Shown: one piece after another, positions 19,517 to 29,763 of the stretch | Layout: every line of letters begins with the position of its first letter | How positions within the stretch are numbered: the first letter of the stretch is position 1 | Source: an uncultured Gammaproteobacteria bacterium | GTDB lineage: Bacteria > Patescibacteriota > Microgenomatia > Levybacterales > GWA1-39-11 | DNA length: 64,000 nucleotides | Assembly: GCA_964425075.1 (NCBI GenBank) | Contig: CAYRKM010000001.1 | Coordinates: 18,756-82,755, forward strand | Reading direction: 5' to 3' | Program-made: the position numbers and the translations under genes | Notes under the pieces: generated by a model | Databases searched by the model: none | What the model was told of the DNA's origin: nothing | Seen by the model: only the letters and a program-made list of their open reading frames with translations

Positions 19517-20596
19517 ATGCCTGAAGGTGAAATAATTCCTCGAGTAACAACATTTGAGCCAACCGGAACTCCGCACGAACTTGCAAATCCAAAATTTTTG
19601 GAGGGTTTATCAATGAAGATAGAACCCAGGCGTAAATTGGTTCCACTTTTTGAATATCTTAAAGGAGCACAAAACAAACCAAGAGGACAAGAGGGAGGCC
19701 AAACAGACCTTAATTCTCATTTTGAACAATTTATAGTACGGGAAGGTGGAGAAATTAAGCTAAAAGACCTAAGTGAATTTTCAGAAATGTTACGCCTAGC
19801 AGGATTTAATGCTGACCTTTTGGGTGTTCAGTCCGTTGGTAACAAAAACCAACAAGTAACAGCTGTTGTTCAGGATGTAGATCCTAATAATCCGCAGTCT
19901 GGATACGAACGACCGGTCACTGCTGAAGGACCACACATGATAATTGCTCCCTACGCAACTGACGAAAACGGACAACTCCACGTATTCCGCACAGTTCAAT
20001 TCAGAACAGGAAGTGCGGGCATTGACACCGCAAGGGGTTTTTTGGATGCTCAAACACTTTCCTCAGGACAACATATCTATAAGGTTGAAGGGTCTGAGGG
20101 AAAAGTTCAAGAAAATCTGCGTCGAATAATCAAAGAAGAAGGCGGAGAAAAATTACTTAACATTAAAAAAGTTCAATTTTTAGGCGCACATACTGTTAAT
20201 AAGAGCTTTGTCACTTCCCCTTCTGCACTTTTCGCGGTTGAAGTTGATTATGAAACTTTTACACAATTGAAAAATGTAGTTTCTGCTGAGGAAGCTGCAC
20301 GTCGTAAATTTGAGTTCGAGCAACAAGGCCTAACAGATATGATTCTTGATATGACTCCGGAACAATATGTACACTACAAAACCAATCCCTCTCTTGCCAA
20401 GGACATGGCATCAGACAGTGCGACAGATATTGTGATGATGGATTTCCTCATGCGCGAACTTCAAAAAACTAAAATGAAAGAAAGAACAGCTGAGATAAAA
20501 CAAGAAGCCAAACCAGAATCAGATAGTAGTGGTGCCCATCTTCTTACTAAGGCTAGAAAACTATTGCACACTCTTCGTCACAAAAAATCTGCCTGA
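19517..20596 (+). CDS. Divergent NUDIX-like protein
   Basis: ARGF...RRIIKEEGG; apparent similarity to the neighbouring 20657-21340. Confidence 0.55.
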   Translation: MPEGEIIPRVTTFEPTGTPHELANPKFLEGLSMKIEPRRKLVPLFEYLKGAQNKPRGQEGGQTDLNSHFEQFIVREGGEIKLKDLSEFSEMLRLAGFNADLLGVQSVGNKNQQVTAVVQDVDPNNPQSGYERPVTAEGPHMIIAPYATDENGQLHVFRTVQFRTGSAGIDTARGFLDAQTLSSGQHIYKVEGSEGKVQENLRRIIKEEGGEKLLNIKKVQFLGAHTVNKSFVTSPSALFAVEVDYETFTQLKNVVSAEEAARRKFEFEQQGLTDMILDMTPEQYVHYKTNPSLAKDMASDSATDIVMMDFLMRELQKTKMKERTAEIKQEAKPESDSSGAHLLTKARKLLHTLRHKKSA

Positions 20597-20609
20597 TTTG
20601 ATGTGTGAA

Positions 20610-20643
20610 GGGGCGCCCCGCGGTTAGACCGCGGGAGCACCCC
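20610..20643. terminator. GC-rich hairpin between convergent genes
   Basis: GGGGCGCCCCGCGGT/ACCGCGGGAGCACCCC. Confidence 0.6.
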
Positions 20644-20656
20644 ATGAACCAAGGAC

Positions 20657-21340
20657 CTAGGCCAACATTGCCTCCGGATGTCTGGCAAGCCAGACCATGA
20701 GGGTGTCGTTGGCTGTGGCCGAACGGTAGTTGATGCCGTTCAGCTCACCCGCGGCGATGCGTGAAAGAATCTCCCTCACGGGCAACCATGCAGTTCCTGT
20801 GATCCGCTCCTCCGTGTCGGTAGGAAGTCTGACTTGCGTCAGGTCCACTTCAACTTCAAAGAGCGAACTCCATGAGGCACAGAAGGTGGGATTGGGGTTG
20901 TGATGCCCCATCTCGACTATCTCGCCGATGAGTGCCTCAGGTGGAACTCCACCCTCTTCAAGCAGCTCACGAAGAGCAGCTGCGATCACGGTCTCCGCAC
21001 CGCTCTCGTTGAATGCCATAACCGCGGGCTGCCCGAATACGATCGGCGGGTCAGCAGGCTCTCCGGAAGGAAGGTCTGAAAATGGCCTCTCCTGGAAAAC
21101 CACTAACACTCGCCAGCCATCGGCAGCTTTGCCGGCGGCAACACCATTGATGTTTGCCGCCTCTCTGTACGCTCCCCGCTCGAAAGCGGGGGAACCGTCC
21201 GGGTTGGTCTGGACGCGAACGCGCATGGAACCAAACCGGGGGGATGTAATTCCCCAACCATCTGGATCTGGAACCCAAGCATTCTCACCACGAGTGGCAA
21301 GAAAGTCTGGGCAATCCACTGGGTCAATCCAACCGCGCAT
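20657..21340 (-). CDS. GC-rich NUDIX hydrolase (ADP-ribose pyrophosphatase-like)
   Basis: AALRELLEEGG; AAGGAGAGG SD before MRGWIDP. Confidence 0.75.
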   Translation of the reverse strand: MRGWIDPVDCPDFLATRGENAWVPDPDGWGITSPRFGSMRVRVQTNPDGSPAFERGAYREAANINGVAAGKAADGWRVLVVFQERPFSDLPSGEPADPPIVFGQPAVMAFNESGAETVIAAALRELLEEGGVPPEALIGEIVEMGHHNPNPTFCASWSSLFEVEVDLTQVRLPTDTEERITGTAWLPVREILSRIAAGELNGINYRSATANDTLMVWLARHPEAMLA

Positions 21341-21467
21341 CGATGATCTATCCTCTCCTTGCGGCCTTACGGCCACGCTATGTCCTTGGTTGTAAACGAA
21401 CTATCCAGTTGGTCGAGCTTATTTGTGTGTTTTTAAACACACAAAGGCCTCTCCAAAAAGACAGTAA

Positions 21468-21496
21468 ATTTTATCACTTTTGAACTTAAATGTCAA
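21468..21496 (-). promoter_or_regulatory. Sigma70 promoter of GC-rich unit C
   Basis: TTGACA-17 nt-TAAAAT. Confidence 0.7.
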
Positions 21497-21530
21497 ATGC
21501 TATGGGATATAATATGGGGTTACTTTGATG

Positions 21531-22316
21531 CTATTCTATAATCTTTAGCAAATCTTCAAATTTTTCAATAGTTGCATCGGGTTTATCCGGATGATTTGTA
21601 TAATCTCTCCAACTTTTTGAAGTTCTATATCTTTCTGGAGGAATATATAAAACAGCTTGAGCGCCTGCTTGATGAGAGCATTGCACATCCCTAATAGGAT
21701 CATCACCGACATAAATTATGTCTCCGACTGGTCTGCCAAACCTTTGAGCCGCAACATCAAAAACCCGAGGATCTGGTTTTTCAATCCCAATTTCTTCCGA
21801 TGTCAAAAAATGATCAAAAAGATCAGCCACTCCAAGCCAGGTAAGAGTTGATCTCGGGGTAAAACTTCTGTCGTTTGATATTACAGCCAAATGCTTTCCT
21901 CTCGACTTTAGTTCTTCAAGTGTTTTTCTTAACTCCTCTTTGCGTGGACTGCTCTCCAGGAGCTTCTTAAACTCAGCTCTATATGCTGCAAGGACTTGAG
22001 GTCCGAGCAACGGCCTAATATGGTCAGGCACCCCAGCTCCTTTCAATCCATCTTGAATCCATGGTTCTTCTTGAGAAAAATGCGATGCAAACTGAAAATT
22101 CTTTTCAGCATTTGATCTACTCCATTCCTCAATGAATTGATTCACATCAAACGTAAAACCAAAATTTTGCTCTGAAAAATTTGCTCCATATTCACCAACG
22201 CTTCCCTTTATATCATCAAAGGGATCAAAAACTAAGGTGTTTCCCCAATCAAAAACAATGCTTGAACCAGATAGTTGGCCCTCACGTCTTTCGGAATCTC
22301 TTTCGACTACTACCAT
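21531..22316 (-). CDS. HAD family hydrolase
   Basis: FDWGNTL, ISN, EKPDP, VGDDPIRD. Confidence 0.9.
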   Translation of the reverse strand: MVVVERDSERREGQLSGSSIVFDWGNTLVFDPFDDIKGSVGEYGANFSEQNFGFTFDVNQFIEEWSRSNAEKNFQFASHFSQEEPWIQDGLKGAGVPDHIRPLLGPQVLAAYRAEFKKLLESSPRKEELRKTLEELKSRGKHLAVISNDRSFTPRSTLTWLGVADLFDHFLTSEEIGIEKPDPRVFDVAAQRFGRPVGDIIYVGDDPIRDVQCSHQAGAQAVLYIPPERYRTSKSWRDYTNHPDKPDATIEKFEDLLKIIE

Positions 22317-22348
22317 AAATTAATGTAAAAAAATTTATTCTTTTTCCT

Positions 22349-22375
22349 CTATTTTAATAGCTTTTCGAAGTGCCT
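22349..22375 (-). pseudogene. Remnant copy of the M16 peptidase 3' end (RHFEKLLK*)
   Basis: Matches the gene end KHFEKLLK* with synonymous changes. Confidence 0.7.
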
Positions 22376-22391
22376 GCACTGAGAAAAAATG

Positions 22392-23663
22392 CTATTTTAG
22401 TAATTTTTCGAAGTGTTTTGGGTCCTCAAAATTGCCAATCACTGCAAGACTTAATAATTTAGTATCAACGTATTCTTTAGCAACTCTTAATACGTCATTT
22501 AAGGTTACTTTTTCAATTTTCTCAATTATTTCGTGAGGGTTATGGAGCTCTCCCTGCAATATTTCTTGTGAGGCATACAAAATCGCGGCGCTCCTAGTAT
22601 CTTCCAAATCCAATACAAAATGCCCCTTTGTATATTCCTTCGCCTTTTCAAGTTCTTCCTCTGTTATTTCATCTTTTTCACTTACTTTTAAGTATTCGTC
22701 CACAACAACTTTTATTGCCTCATCCAATCTTTTGGGATCTGCTCCAACCCACGTAGCTAAATATCCAGCATCCAAATAGTGCTCAGATGTAGTCCTGACA
22801 TAATAAGAAATTCCCCGCCTTTCCCTCACCTCGTAAAAAAGTCTAGACGACATACCACCACCCAAGATTGAGGCCAAAATTGAGAGTGGGTATCTATCTT
22901 TTTTGTCTTTAAGCCCTACTGTTCTTACTCCAAGTGCAAAATGCGCCTGTTCTGTTTTTTTGTGTTTTACCTTAACTTCATATTTGTGCTGTTTTTCGTG
23001 TATTGGTAAATACTTGATGGTGTCAAACCTTGCAACATCTCCAAAATATTTAGCAATCCTTTTGTGCATATCCTCCACATGCACATTTCCAGCTACAACT
23101 ACAGTCATGTTGTGCGCACTATAAAGACTTCCCATATATTCAACAAAGTTATCACGGGTTATACTTCTTATAATATCCGGGGTTCCTGCTGTATCCCATC
23201 CAAGAGGTGTGTCTCCATACAAAAGCCCTTCGTAAATATCTCCAATATTTCTCATTGGAGTATCTTCATACATGTTAATTTCCTCAATTATTACTCCTTT
23301 TTCCCTATCAATTTCTGCAGGATCTAGTAAAAGATTCTTTAACATGTCAGACAGCACATCAAGACAAAGATCTATGTGGTTCGTGGCGGATTTTATGTAA
23401 TATCCTGTGTATTCTTTACCTGTAAAAGCATTAAACTCTGCTCCAATACCATCAATCAATGCTGAAATTTCACGTGCTGAAGGTCTATTGGTAGTGCCTT
23501 TAAAGGCCATGTGTTCTAAAAAGTGGGAAATTCCATTGAGTCTTTTCTCTTCATATCTACTTCCAGCCCCATACATAACAAGGGTGGTCGCCGACTCTAC
23601 TCCCAAAACGGGAACAACAATGACACGCACTCCATTATCGAGCACTGTTCTGTGATAACGCAT
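22392..23663 (-). CDS. M16 family zinc peptidase
   Basis: HFLEHM, NAFT, SSRLFYEVRERRG. Confidence 0.93.
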   Translation of the reverse strand: MRYHRTVLDNGVRVIVVPVLGVESATTLVMYGAGSRYEEKRLNGISHFLEHMAFKGTTNRPSAREISALIDGIGAEFNAFTGKEYTGYYIKSATNHIDLCLDVLSDMLKNLLLDPAEIDREKGVIIEEINMYEDTPMRNIGDIYEGLLYGDTPLGWDTAGTPDIIRSITRDNFVEYMGSLYSAHNMTVVVAGNVHVEDMHKRIAKYFGDVARFDTIKYLPIHEKQHKYEVKVKHKKTEQAHFALGVRTVGLKDKKDRYPLSILASILGGGMSSRLFYEVRERRGISYYVRTTSEHYLDAGYLATWVGADPKRLDEAIKVVVDEYLKVSEKDEITEEELEKAKEYTKGHFVLDLEDTRSAAILYASQEILQGELHNPHEIIEKIEKVTLNDVLRVAKEYVDTKLLSLAVIGNFEDPKHFEKLLK

Positions 23664-23768
23664 AAGAACAATTTAAACATAGAGGTATTAATATTGCAAT
23701 CAAAATCACACTTGAGTTTTATGGTTATTCTTGAAAAAATAATTTCAAAATTGTAGAATTCTCGGATT

Positions 23769-24197
23769 ATGAAAGGCTGTGAATATTTTCTTCCTTTTGA
23801 ACCACCGCCGCAAGAAGGCTCGCAACAGCACGATAGAATTGGCCTAATTGTTGGGGAGGTAGTAACCAATTATCCATCAACAGCAGGGTGGAATCTTGAA
23901 GCACAACAGGTCTTAACAGAATCAACTGCTGATTATCTTAGATTTATTGATCTTGCAACAGGTGGAAGATTCAAAGACATAAGGGTTGTAAGCGATAGGG
24001 GTTTATTGGTAAGAAATAGAGAAGGTGTAATTTGTAAAGTTACGCCCCCTGATGGTCTTGTTGAGCTTTCAGGAGTTCAAAAAACAAATATCGGCAGGGT
24101 TACATCAGCAGTATTTGGACATTCGCTTGGAATGCTTCAAGTAGGAATTACAAGCTTTCATGATTATCAAAAAGCACAAAGGCAAAGAAGAAGATAA
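23769..24197 (+). CDS. Hypothetical protein
   Basis: ORF fills the gap; TAGAAT just upstream. Confidence 0.6.
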   Translation: MKGCEYFLPFEPPPQEGSQQHDRIGLIVGEVVTNYPSTAGWNLEAQQVLTESTADYLRFIDLATGGRFKDIRVVSDRGLLVRNREGVICKVTPPDGLVELSGVQKTNIGRVTSAVFGHSLGMLQVGITSFHDYQKAQRQRRR

Positions 24198-24201
24198 ACT
24201 G

Positions 24202-25926
24202 CTACATTTTTTCCACTGTCTCTATTCCGAGGATATGAAGGCCATTTTCAAGAACTTGACCCACAGCTTTTGTTAATTGCAGACGAAATGCTTCGTTCTC
24301 ACTACCTATAATTTTGTGCTTTTGATAGAAATTATTGAACTTTTGAGATAATTCAAACAAATAATTACAAAGTAAATTCGGTGCAAATTCATTAGCCGCT
24401 TGCTCTAAAATATATGGAAATTGCGTCAAGAACCGCAAAAGCACCTCCTCTTCTTTTTCCGTTTTTGAATTATCTAAATTGAAATTTGTTTCGGATTTAG
24501 AATTTAGTGCTTCGAATTTACGAAGTACGCTCTGCGTACGAGTGTATGTATATTGCAAATATGGCCCAGAATTTCCCTCAAGATTTATCGAGTCCTCAAA
24601 TGAAAATTGGATATCAGATGTTCTTCCAAATTTAAGCATCGAATATTTAACAGCGCCAATAGCAACAGTCTCGGCTGTTGAGTCATCTAATTCAGGAAAG
24701 CTCTTTGAAATGCGTTTTTTTGCCTCATCCAAAAGCCACTCACCACGGACAATATTGCCCATTCGGGATGACATTTTTCCATCTTTTAATTGCACAAAAC
24801 CATATACCAAATGCTTTTCGCGACCCTTTAAGTTTGGGTCTATTTGTTCTAAGGCTTTAAAAACTACTTCAAAATACCCGGCCTGCTCGGGACCGACCAC
24901 GTGAATAGCATTATCAAATTTAAATTCTTTATATTCAAGGGGGGCTAAGCCCATTTCCTTTGCTTCATAGGTTGGGTTGCCTTCAGATGTTACAAAAACC
25001 CTGTTGTGAAGCCCAAATTTCTCGCCTGGAAAAATAACTGCACCCGCATCTTTTACAAAGATGCCGTCCGCAACATGAGACAATACAATATCACGCCCGC
25101 TTTCATAAACTTCACTTTCAAAAAACAAGCGCTTAAAGGCAGTACCCATTTTTTTATAAATACTGTCAAAATATTCAAGACTCCAGCGCCTTGTGGTTTC
25201 CCAAATTGGCATAATTTCTGGATCGCGAGCATAAATTTGTTTGTTAATATTTGTAATTTCTTTTTTTGCCTCTTCGTCTTCTTCGTAAGATTTAGAACCC
25301 GTTGAATAAGCTAATCCCAAAAACAAAGCTTTTGCGGAAGGGGGTTTTACATCCTCAGCCTTTAAATCTTCATGTTTTTCTGCAAGAAGTTTCCTAACAC
25401 CATGCAAAGCTTTTGCAACATGCATTCCAACATCTCCTTGATAATTAACACGAGAAACATCCATTCCCTGCGACTCTAATAACCTACTAATTGATTCTCC
25501 TAAAGTTATGTTTCTTAAATGACCAATGTGAAATTCTTTGTGGGTATTCGGGTGGGCAAATTCAACAATTATTTTCTGGGGGTTTTTGGAGTTCTTGCCA
25601 AATGCTTCTTTCTTGTTATTTATTTTCTGAATTTGATGTTTGAGATACTCCTCGCTTAAGTAAAAATTGATAAATCCAGGTCCGGCAACTTCAATTTTTT
25701 CAAAGGTTTCTTTAATATCAACACTTTCTGAGATAAACTTTATGATCTCTTCTGCAATTTCTCGAGGTGATTTTCCAACTTGTTTTGAAACAACAAGAGC
25801 TATATTGGTTGCAAAATCTCCATGATCTGAATTTGTAACTAAAGAAACTTCAAAAGTAGCGTCAATATTTTTTCTCTCAAGAAAATTTTTCAGATTATCA
25901 AAAATTAATTGTTTTGGATTTGTCAT
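24202..25926 (-). CDS. argS: Arginine--tRNA ligase
   Basis: HIGH, KMSSR, GNSGPYLQY. Confidence 0.96.
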   Translation of the reverse strand: MTNPKQLIFDNLKNFLERKNIDATFEVSLVTNSDHGDFATNIALVVSKQVGKSPREIAEEIIKFISESVDIKETFEKIEVAGPGFINFYLSEEYLKHQIQKINNKKEAFGKNSKNPQKIIVEFAHPNTHKEFHIGHLRNITLGESISRLLESQGMDVSRVNYQGDVGMHVAKALHGVRKLLAEKHEDLKAEDVKPPSAKALFLGLAYSTGSKSYEEDEEAKKEITNINKQIYARDPEIMPIWETTRRWSLEYFDSIYKKMGTAFKRLFFESEVYESGRDIVLSHVADGIFVKDAGAVIFPGEKFGLHNRVFVTSEGNPTYEAKEMGLAPLEYKEFKFDNAIHVVGPEQAGYFEVVFKALEQIDPNLKGREKHLVYGFVQLKDGKMSSRMGNIVRGEWLLDEAKKRISKSFPELDDSTAETVAIGAVKYSMLKFGRTSDIQFSFEDSINLEGNSGPYLQYTYTRTQSVLRKFEALNSKSETNFNLDNSKTEKEEEVLLRFLTQFPYILEQAANEFAPNLLCNYLFELSQKFNNFYQKHKIIGSENEAFRLQLTKAVGQVLENGLHILGIETVEKM

Positions 25927-25969
25927 ACTGTAAGTTTAAACGAATGAGGTATTGAACTCAAGAAGGGGA

Positions 25970-26854
25970 TTATTCGCTTAAATCGAGTTCTCGAAGAAAT
26001 TTCTTGAATTCGCCATTAATTCCAGGGTGATGAAGCGCAAATTCTACAACTGTTTTCATGTATTCTATTTTTGAACCAGTGTCATAATATTTTCCATTTT
26101 GAATTTCTACTCCATATATCGGAATACCTTGATCCCGCAGTGCATTTATACCGTCAATTAAATAAATCTCTCCACCTCGTCCAGGCTTAACATTTTTTAA
26201 AGCACCAAAAATTTCGGGAGGTAAAATATATGCTCCATGAGTCGCCATATTTGAAGGCGCTTGATCTGGTTCTGGCTTTTCTACAATATTATTTATCTTA
26301 AAAACATTTCCTTCAACGGGTTCAATGTCTGCAATTCCGTAACGTTTCAGATCTTCTTTTTTCTCGATCTTTACTCCAGAAATCACAACTCCACCATATT
26401 TCTCGTGCACATCAATCATTTGCTTAAGTCTGGGTGGATCTGAATAAATAAACTCATCTCCCCAAATCACGGCAAATGGCTCATCTTCAATAATTGGTTC
26501 AGCAGCCAAAACCGGTGTTCCATTTCCATATTGGCCTTTTTGTCTTACGTAAATAAAGTTAGCCATCTCTGAGATCTTTTGCACCTCAGCAAGCATCTCA
26601 TCTTTTCCGCCTTCTTTAAGGTTTTTTACCAAATCTTGGTTGAGAACATCAAAATGATCCTCAATCGCACGCTTCAAGGCTCCCGTTACAATAACAACGT
26701 CTTCAATACCTGAGGCCACAACTTCCTCTACCACATACTGAATAACCGGTTTGTCTACCACAGGAAGCATTTCCTTGGGCATTGCTTTTGTTTGAGGGAG
26801 GAACCGGGTTCCGAAACCGGCGGCTGGAATCACTGCTTTTCGAATTCTTGTCAT
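25970..26854 (-). CDS. galU: UTP--glucose-1-phosphate uridylyltransferase
   Basis: KAVIPAAGFGTRFLPQTKAMPKEMLP. Confidence 0.93.
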   Translation of the reverse strand: MTRIRKAVIPAAGFGTRFLPQTKAMPKEMLPVVDKPVIQYVVEEVVASGIEDVVIVTGALKRAIEDHFDVLNQDLVKNLKEGGKDEMLAEVQKISEMANFIYVRQKGQYGNGTPVLAAEPIIEDEPFAVIWGDEFIYSDPPRLKQMIDVHEKYGGVVISGVKIEKKEDLKRYGIADIEPVEGNVFKINNIVEKPEPDQAPSNMATHGAYILPPEIFGALKNVKPGRGGEIYLIDGINALRDQGIPIYGVEIQNGKYYDTGSKIEYMKTVVEFALHHPGINGEFKKFLRELDLSE

Positions 26855-27019
26855 AAATATGTAGTATGTAGAATGTAGCAAGTAGTAAGGCAAAAATGCA
26901 AGGGGAAAGTTGAACCTACTACCGTTTACTAACTACTGTTTGATTTTAAATCGAAATGAATAAATAATCAACTTTTTTATTCTTTACAAATACCCGAGAC
27001 TCTAGTATAATTTGAAGTC

Positions 27020-27193
27020 ATGTTCACCTTCGTTAAAGAAGTTAGGTCCGAATTGGCAAAAGTGACTTGGCCTGAAAGGTCTGACACTATACGACTTACG
27101 GCAATTGTAATTGCCATAAGCATCATAGTTGGACTTTATCTCGGTGGATTGGATTTGATTTTTACAGAAATGCTCAAGTTCTTAGTATCTTAA
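27020..27193 (+). CDS. secE: Preprotein translocase SecE (57 aa, not in the ORF track)
   Basis: FVKEVRSELAKVTWP plus TM; directly upstream of nusG. Confidence 0.93.
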   Translation: MFTFVKEVRSELAKVTWPERSDTIRLTAIVIAISIIVGLYLGGLDLIFTEMLKFLVS

Positions 27194-27197
27194 AAAT

Positions 27198-28052
27198 ATG
27201 GCAGACGATAATAAAAATATAACAACTGAAGAAAACGTTACTCTTGATGATATGCTTGCAGAAGCTGTGAGCGAAACTCAACCAGAGACAGCTGACAAAA
27301 CTAATGAGACTGAAACGTCAACTGATGATGTGCAATCTGAGGAAACTGTTGAAACTCCAAAGGAAATAACAGAAGAAACCACTGAATCAGTTGAAGCTCC
27401 TGAGGAAGAAGCAGCAATAGATGATGTAGTTGAGGAACCCCAAGAAAAACCAAAAGAATCTACTGAAGACAAAGAGGAAGAAGCAAAAACTCCAGTGAAT
27501 GAAGCCCCAGCAAGAAGTGCTGCAACCGCAAAAGGTCGTTGGTATATTGTTCACACCTACTCTGGACACGAAAATAAAGTGGCCAAAACTTTAATGCAAA
27601 GAGTGCAAAGTATGGGATTTGAAGAACAAATCTTTGATGCACTTGTTCCAACTCGAGAAACAATTAGAGTAAGAGGAGGAAAAAAAGAAACTGTACAGGA
27701 GAAAATTTTCCCAGGATACATTTTGGTAAATATGGAATTATCTGATGAAGCATGGGTTTTGGTAAGAACTACTCCCGGTGTTACATCATTTGTAGGTGCT
27801 CAAAACAAACCAACCCCTATAAGAGACGATGAGGTTAATGCAATTGTTGCTTTCGTTGGACAAAAAGAACCAACTTACAAAGCTCAATTCTCAACCAATG
27901 AAGCTGTAAAGATTACTGATGGACCATTCTCTGATTTCTTAGGTACTGTTGAGTCAATTGATGAAGCAAAAGGTAAAGTTAAGGTATTAGTCTCAATTTT
28001 TGGACGGGAAACACCCGTTGAGCTTGACTTCCTTCAGGTATCAAAGATATAA
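27198..28052 (+). CDS. nusG: Transcription factor NusG with a long acidic N-terminal extension
   Basis: WYIVHTYSGHE, FPGYILV, KOW, IFGRETPVEL. Confidence 0.96.
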   Translation: MADDNKNITTEENVTLDDMLAEAVSETQPETADKTNETETSTDDVQSEETVETPKEITEETTESVEAPEEEAAIDDVVEEPQEKPKESTEDKEEEAKTPVNEAPARSAATAKGRWYIVHTYSGHENKVAKTLMQRVQSMGFEEQIFDALVPTRETIRVRGGKKETVQEKIFPGYILVNMELSDEAWVLVRTTPGVTSFVGAQNKPTPIRDDEVNAIVAFVGQKEPTYKAQFSTNEAVKITDGPFSDFLGTVESIDEAKGKVKVLVSIFGRETPVELDFLQVSKI

Positions 28053-28077
28053 TCGCTGAACTTGAAAGGAAATCATC

Positions 28078-28135
28078 ATACCGACAACTCTTGTTCAAAT
28101 GTCCAACTGGCCATTTGAACTGAGACTCTCGGTAT
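28078..28135 (+). repeat. 58-nt hairpin element upstream of rplK
   Basis: Imperfect palindrome; 54/58 identical to the reverse complement of 51434-51491. Confidence 0.85.
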
Positions 28136-28196
28136 ATTTCTCGCAAAAAGACTTTTATCGATATGCAAGCGAACACTTGCGACAGGAGCTCGAAAT

Positions 28197-28622
28197 ATGG
28201 CAAAAAAGATAAAAACATATATTAAAATCGCTATTAAAGGTGGCGAGGCCAATCCTGCACCACCAGTGGGAACAGCACTTGGACCCCACGGACTTCCTAT
28301 CATGGAATTCGTGAAGGCATTTAATGAAAAAACAGCAGAACAAAAAGGAATTCTTCTCCCAGTTGTTATCTCAGTATACGAGGACAGAACATTCTCTTTC
28401 ATCGTTAAAAAACCACCAGTTTCAGAACTTATCAAAATGGCACTAAAAATCGAAAAGGGCTCACAAAAACCAGGACGAGAAACTGCAGCAACTCTTACCA
28501 AGTCCCAAGCCGTAGAAATCGGAAAAACAAAAATGGACGACCTTAACACCAAAGACGAAGAAATGGCATCCCGAGTTGTGATGGGCACTGCCCGTTCAAT
28601 GGGAATTAAAGTGACTGACTAA
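28197..28622 (+). CDS. rplK: 50S ribosomal protein L11
   Basis: ANPAPPVGTALG, GTARSMG. Confidence 0.97.
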   Translation: MAKKIKTYIKIAIKGGEANPAPPVGTALGPHGLPIMEFVKAFNEKTAEQKGILLPVVISVYEDRTFSFIVKKPPVSELIKMALKIEKGSQKPGRETAATLTKSQAVEIGKTKMDDLNTKDEEMASRVVMGTARSMGIKVTD

Positions 28623-28657
28623 AAGGAAGTCATCCCGAACTTAATTCGGGATCTTGA

Positions 28658-28748
28658 AAATACGAAGCACTAAGCTCGAAGCACGAAACAAATTAAAAAT
28701 TACAAATTTCAAACTGTTTCGAATTTCGGATTTAGAATTTCGGATTTC
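28658..28748. repeat. Heptamer-periodic imperfect inverted repeat
   Basis: AAATACGAAGCACTAAGCTCGAAGCACGAAACAAATT...TTTCGAATTTCGGATTTAGAATTTCGGATT. Confidence 0.6.
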
Positions 28749-28768
28749 TTTTTCAGAGAAAAAGTATT

Positions 28769-29701
28769 ATGGGAAAAATAAGAATCAAATCATTCGACGA
28801 AGCAACTCCAGAAGAGTTGGCAAAACAAAAAGCTAAAAGAGAAGCAAAAAAGGCGGAAAAAATTGCTGCCAAAAATGAGCAAAAGGCTTCAGCTGGAAAG
28901 AAAACCAATCCCCAAACAGATGGGACAATAACAACTGTTGAAGAACCAATTGCAAAAGACGCTATTGAGGCACAACTTGAGGCAAGCGAAGATCTTTCAA
29001 CTGTTGAAACACAAACCGAAACCCCTACTCCTGCAGTTGAAGTAAAAACTGCTAGCGAAACTGTAGAGACTCCAAAAAAAGAGAGAAAACAAAAGAAAGA
29101 AAAATTTGTACAAGTTAAAACCGACTCGAAAAGACACACTGAAAACAAAACATACGTTTCAAAAACCCAACCTTACAAACTTGATCAAGCTCTAGAGGCC
29201 CTCAGAAAGTTTAAAAAAGCAAAGTTTGATGAAACCGTTGAACTTCACGTAAATGTGAAAGAGAAAGCGACTTCTGGTCAGGTAACACTTCCTCACGGAA
29301 CTGGAAAAACTTTAAATATAAAAGTTGCAGATGAAGCAATAATCGCTGAGGTTAAAAAAGGAAAAATTAATTTTGATATTTTAGTTGCAACACCTTCAAT
29401 GATGCCTCAATTGGCTCAAGTTGCTAAGGTTCTAGGACCACGCGGCCTTATGCCAAATCCAAAGAACGGAACTATCGCAGAGAACACCGCTGAGGCAGTA
29501 AAAAAACTATCTGCAGGCCAAATTAGCTACAAAACAGAACCGGTTAGCCCTATTATTCACATAGCAGTTGGGAAAGTTAGCTTTGATGACAAACAATTAA
29601 AGGATAACATCTCAACTCTTCTAACAAGTGTTGGAAGTGCAAATATCAAGTCAGTGGTCCTCAAATCCACCATGAGCCCTGGTATAAAACTCCAGGTCTA
29701 G
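28769..29701 (+). CDS. rplA: 50S ribosomal protein L1 with an N-terminal extension
   Basis: AKFDETVELH, LPHGTGK, LGPRGLMPNPK. Confidence 0.97.
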   Translation: MGKIRIKSFDEATPEELAKQKAKREAKKAEKIAAKNEQKASAGKKTNPQTDGTITTVEEPIAKDAIEAQLEASEDLSTVETQTETPTPAVEVKTASETVETPKKERKQKKEKFVQVKTDSKRHTENKTYVSKTQPYKLDQALEALRKFKKAKFDETVELHVNVKEKATSGQVTLPHGTGKTLNIKVADEAIIAEVKKGKINFDILVATPSMMPQLAQVAKVLGPRGLMPNPKNGTIAENTAEAVKKLSAGQISYKTEPVSPIIHIAVGKVSFDDKQLKDNISTLLTSVGSANIKSVVLKSTMSPGIKLQV

Positions 29702-29763
29702 AACTTCCTCAACTTGACTACAAACATTTCTCCAAGTAAGATACTCTCAACTGCTTGCTTCGT

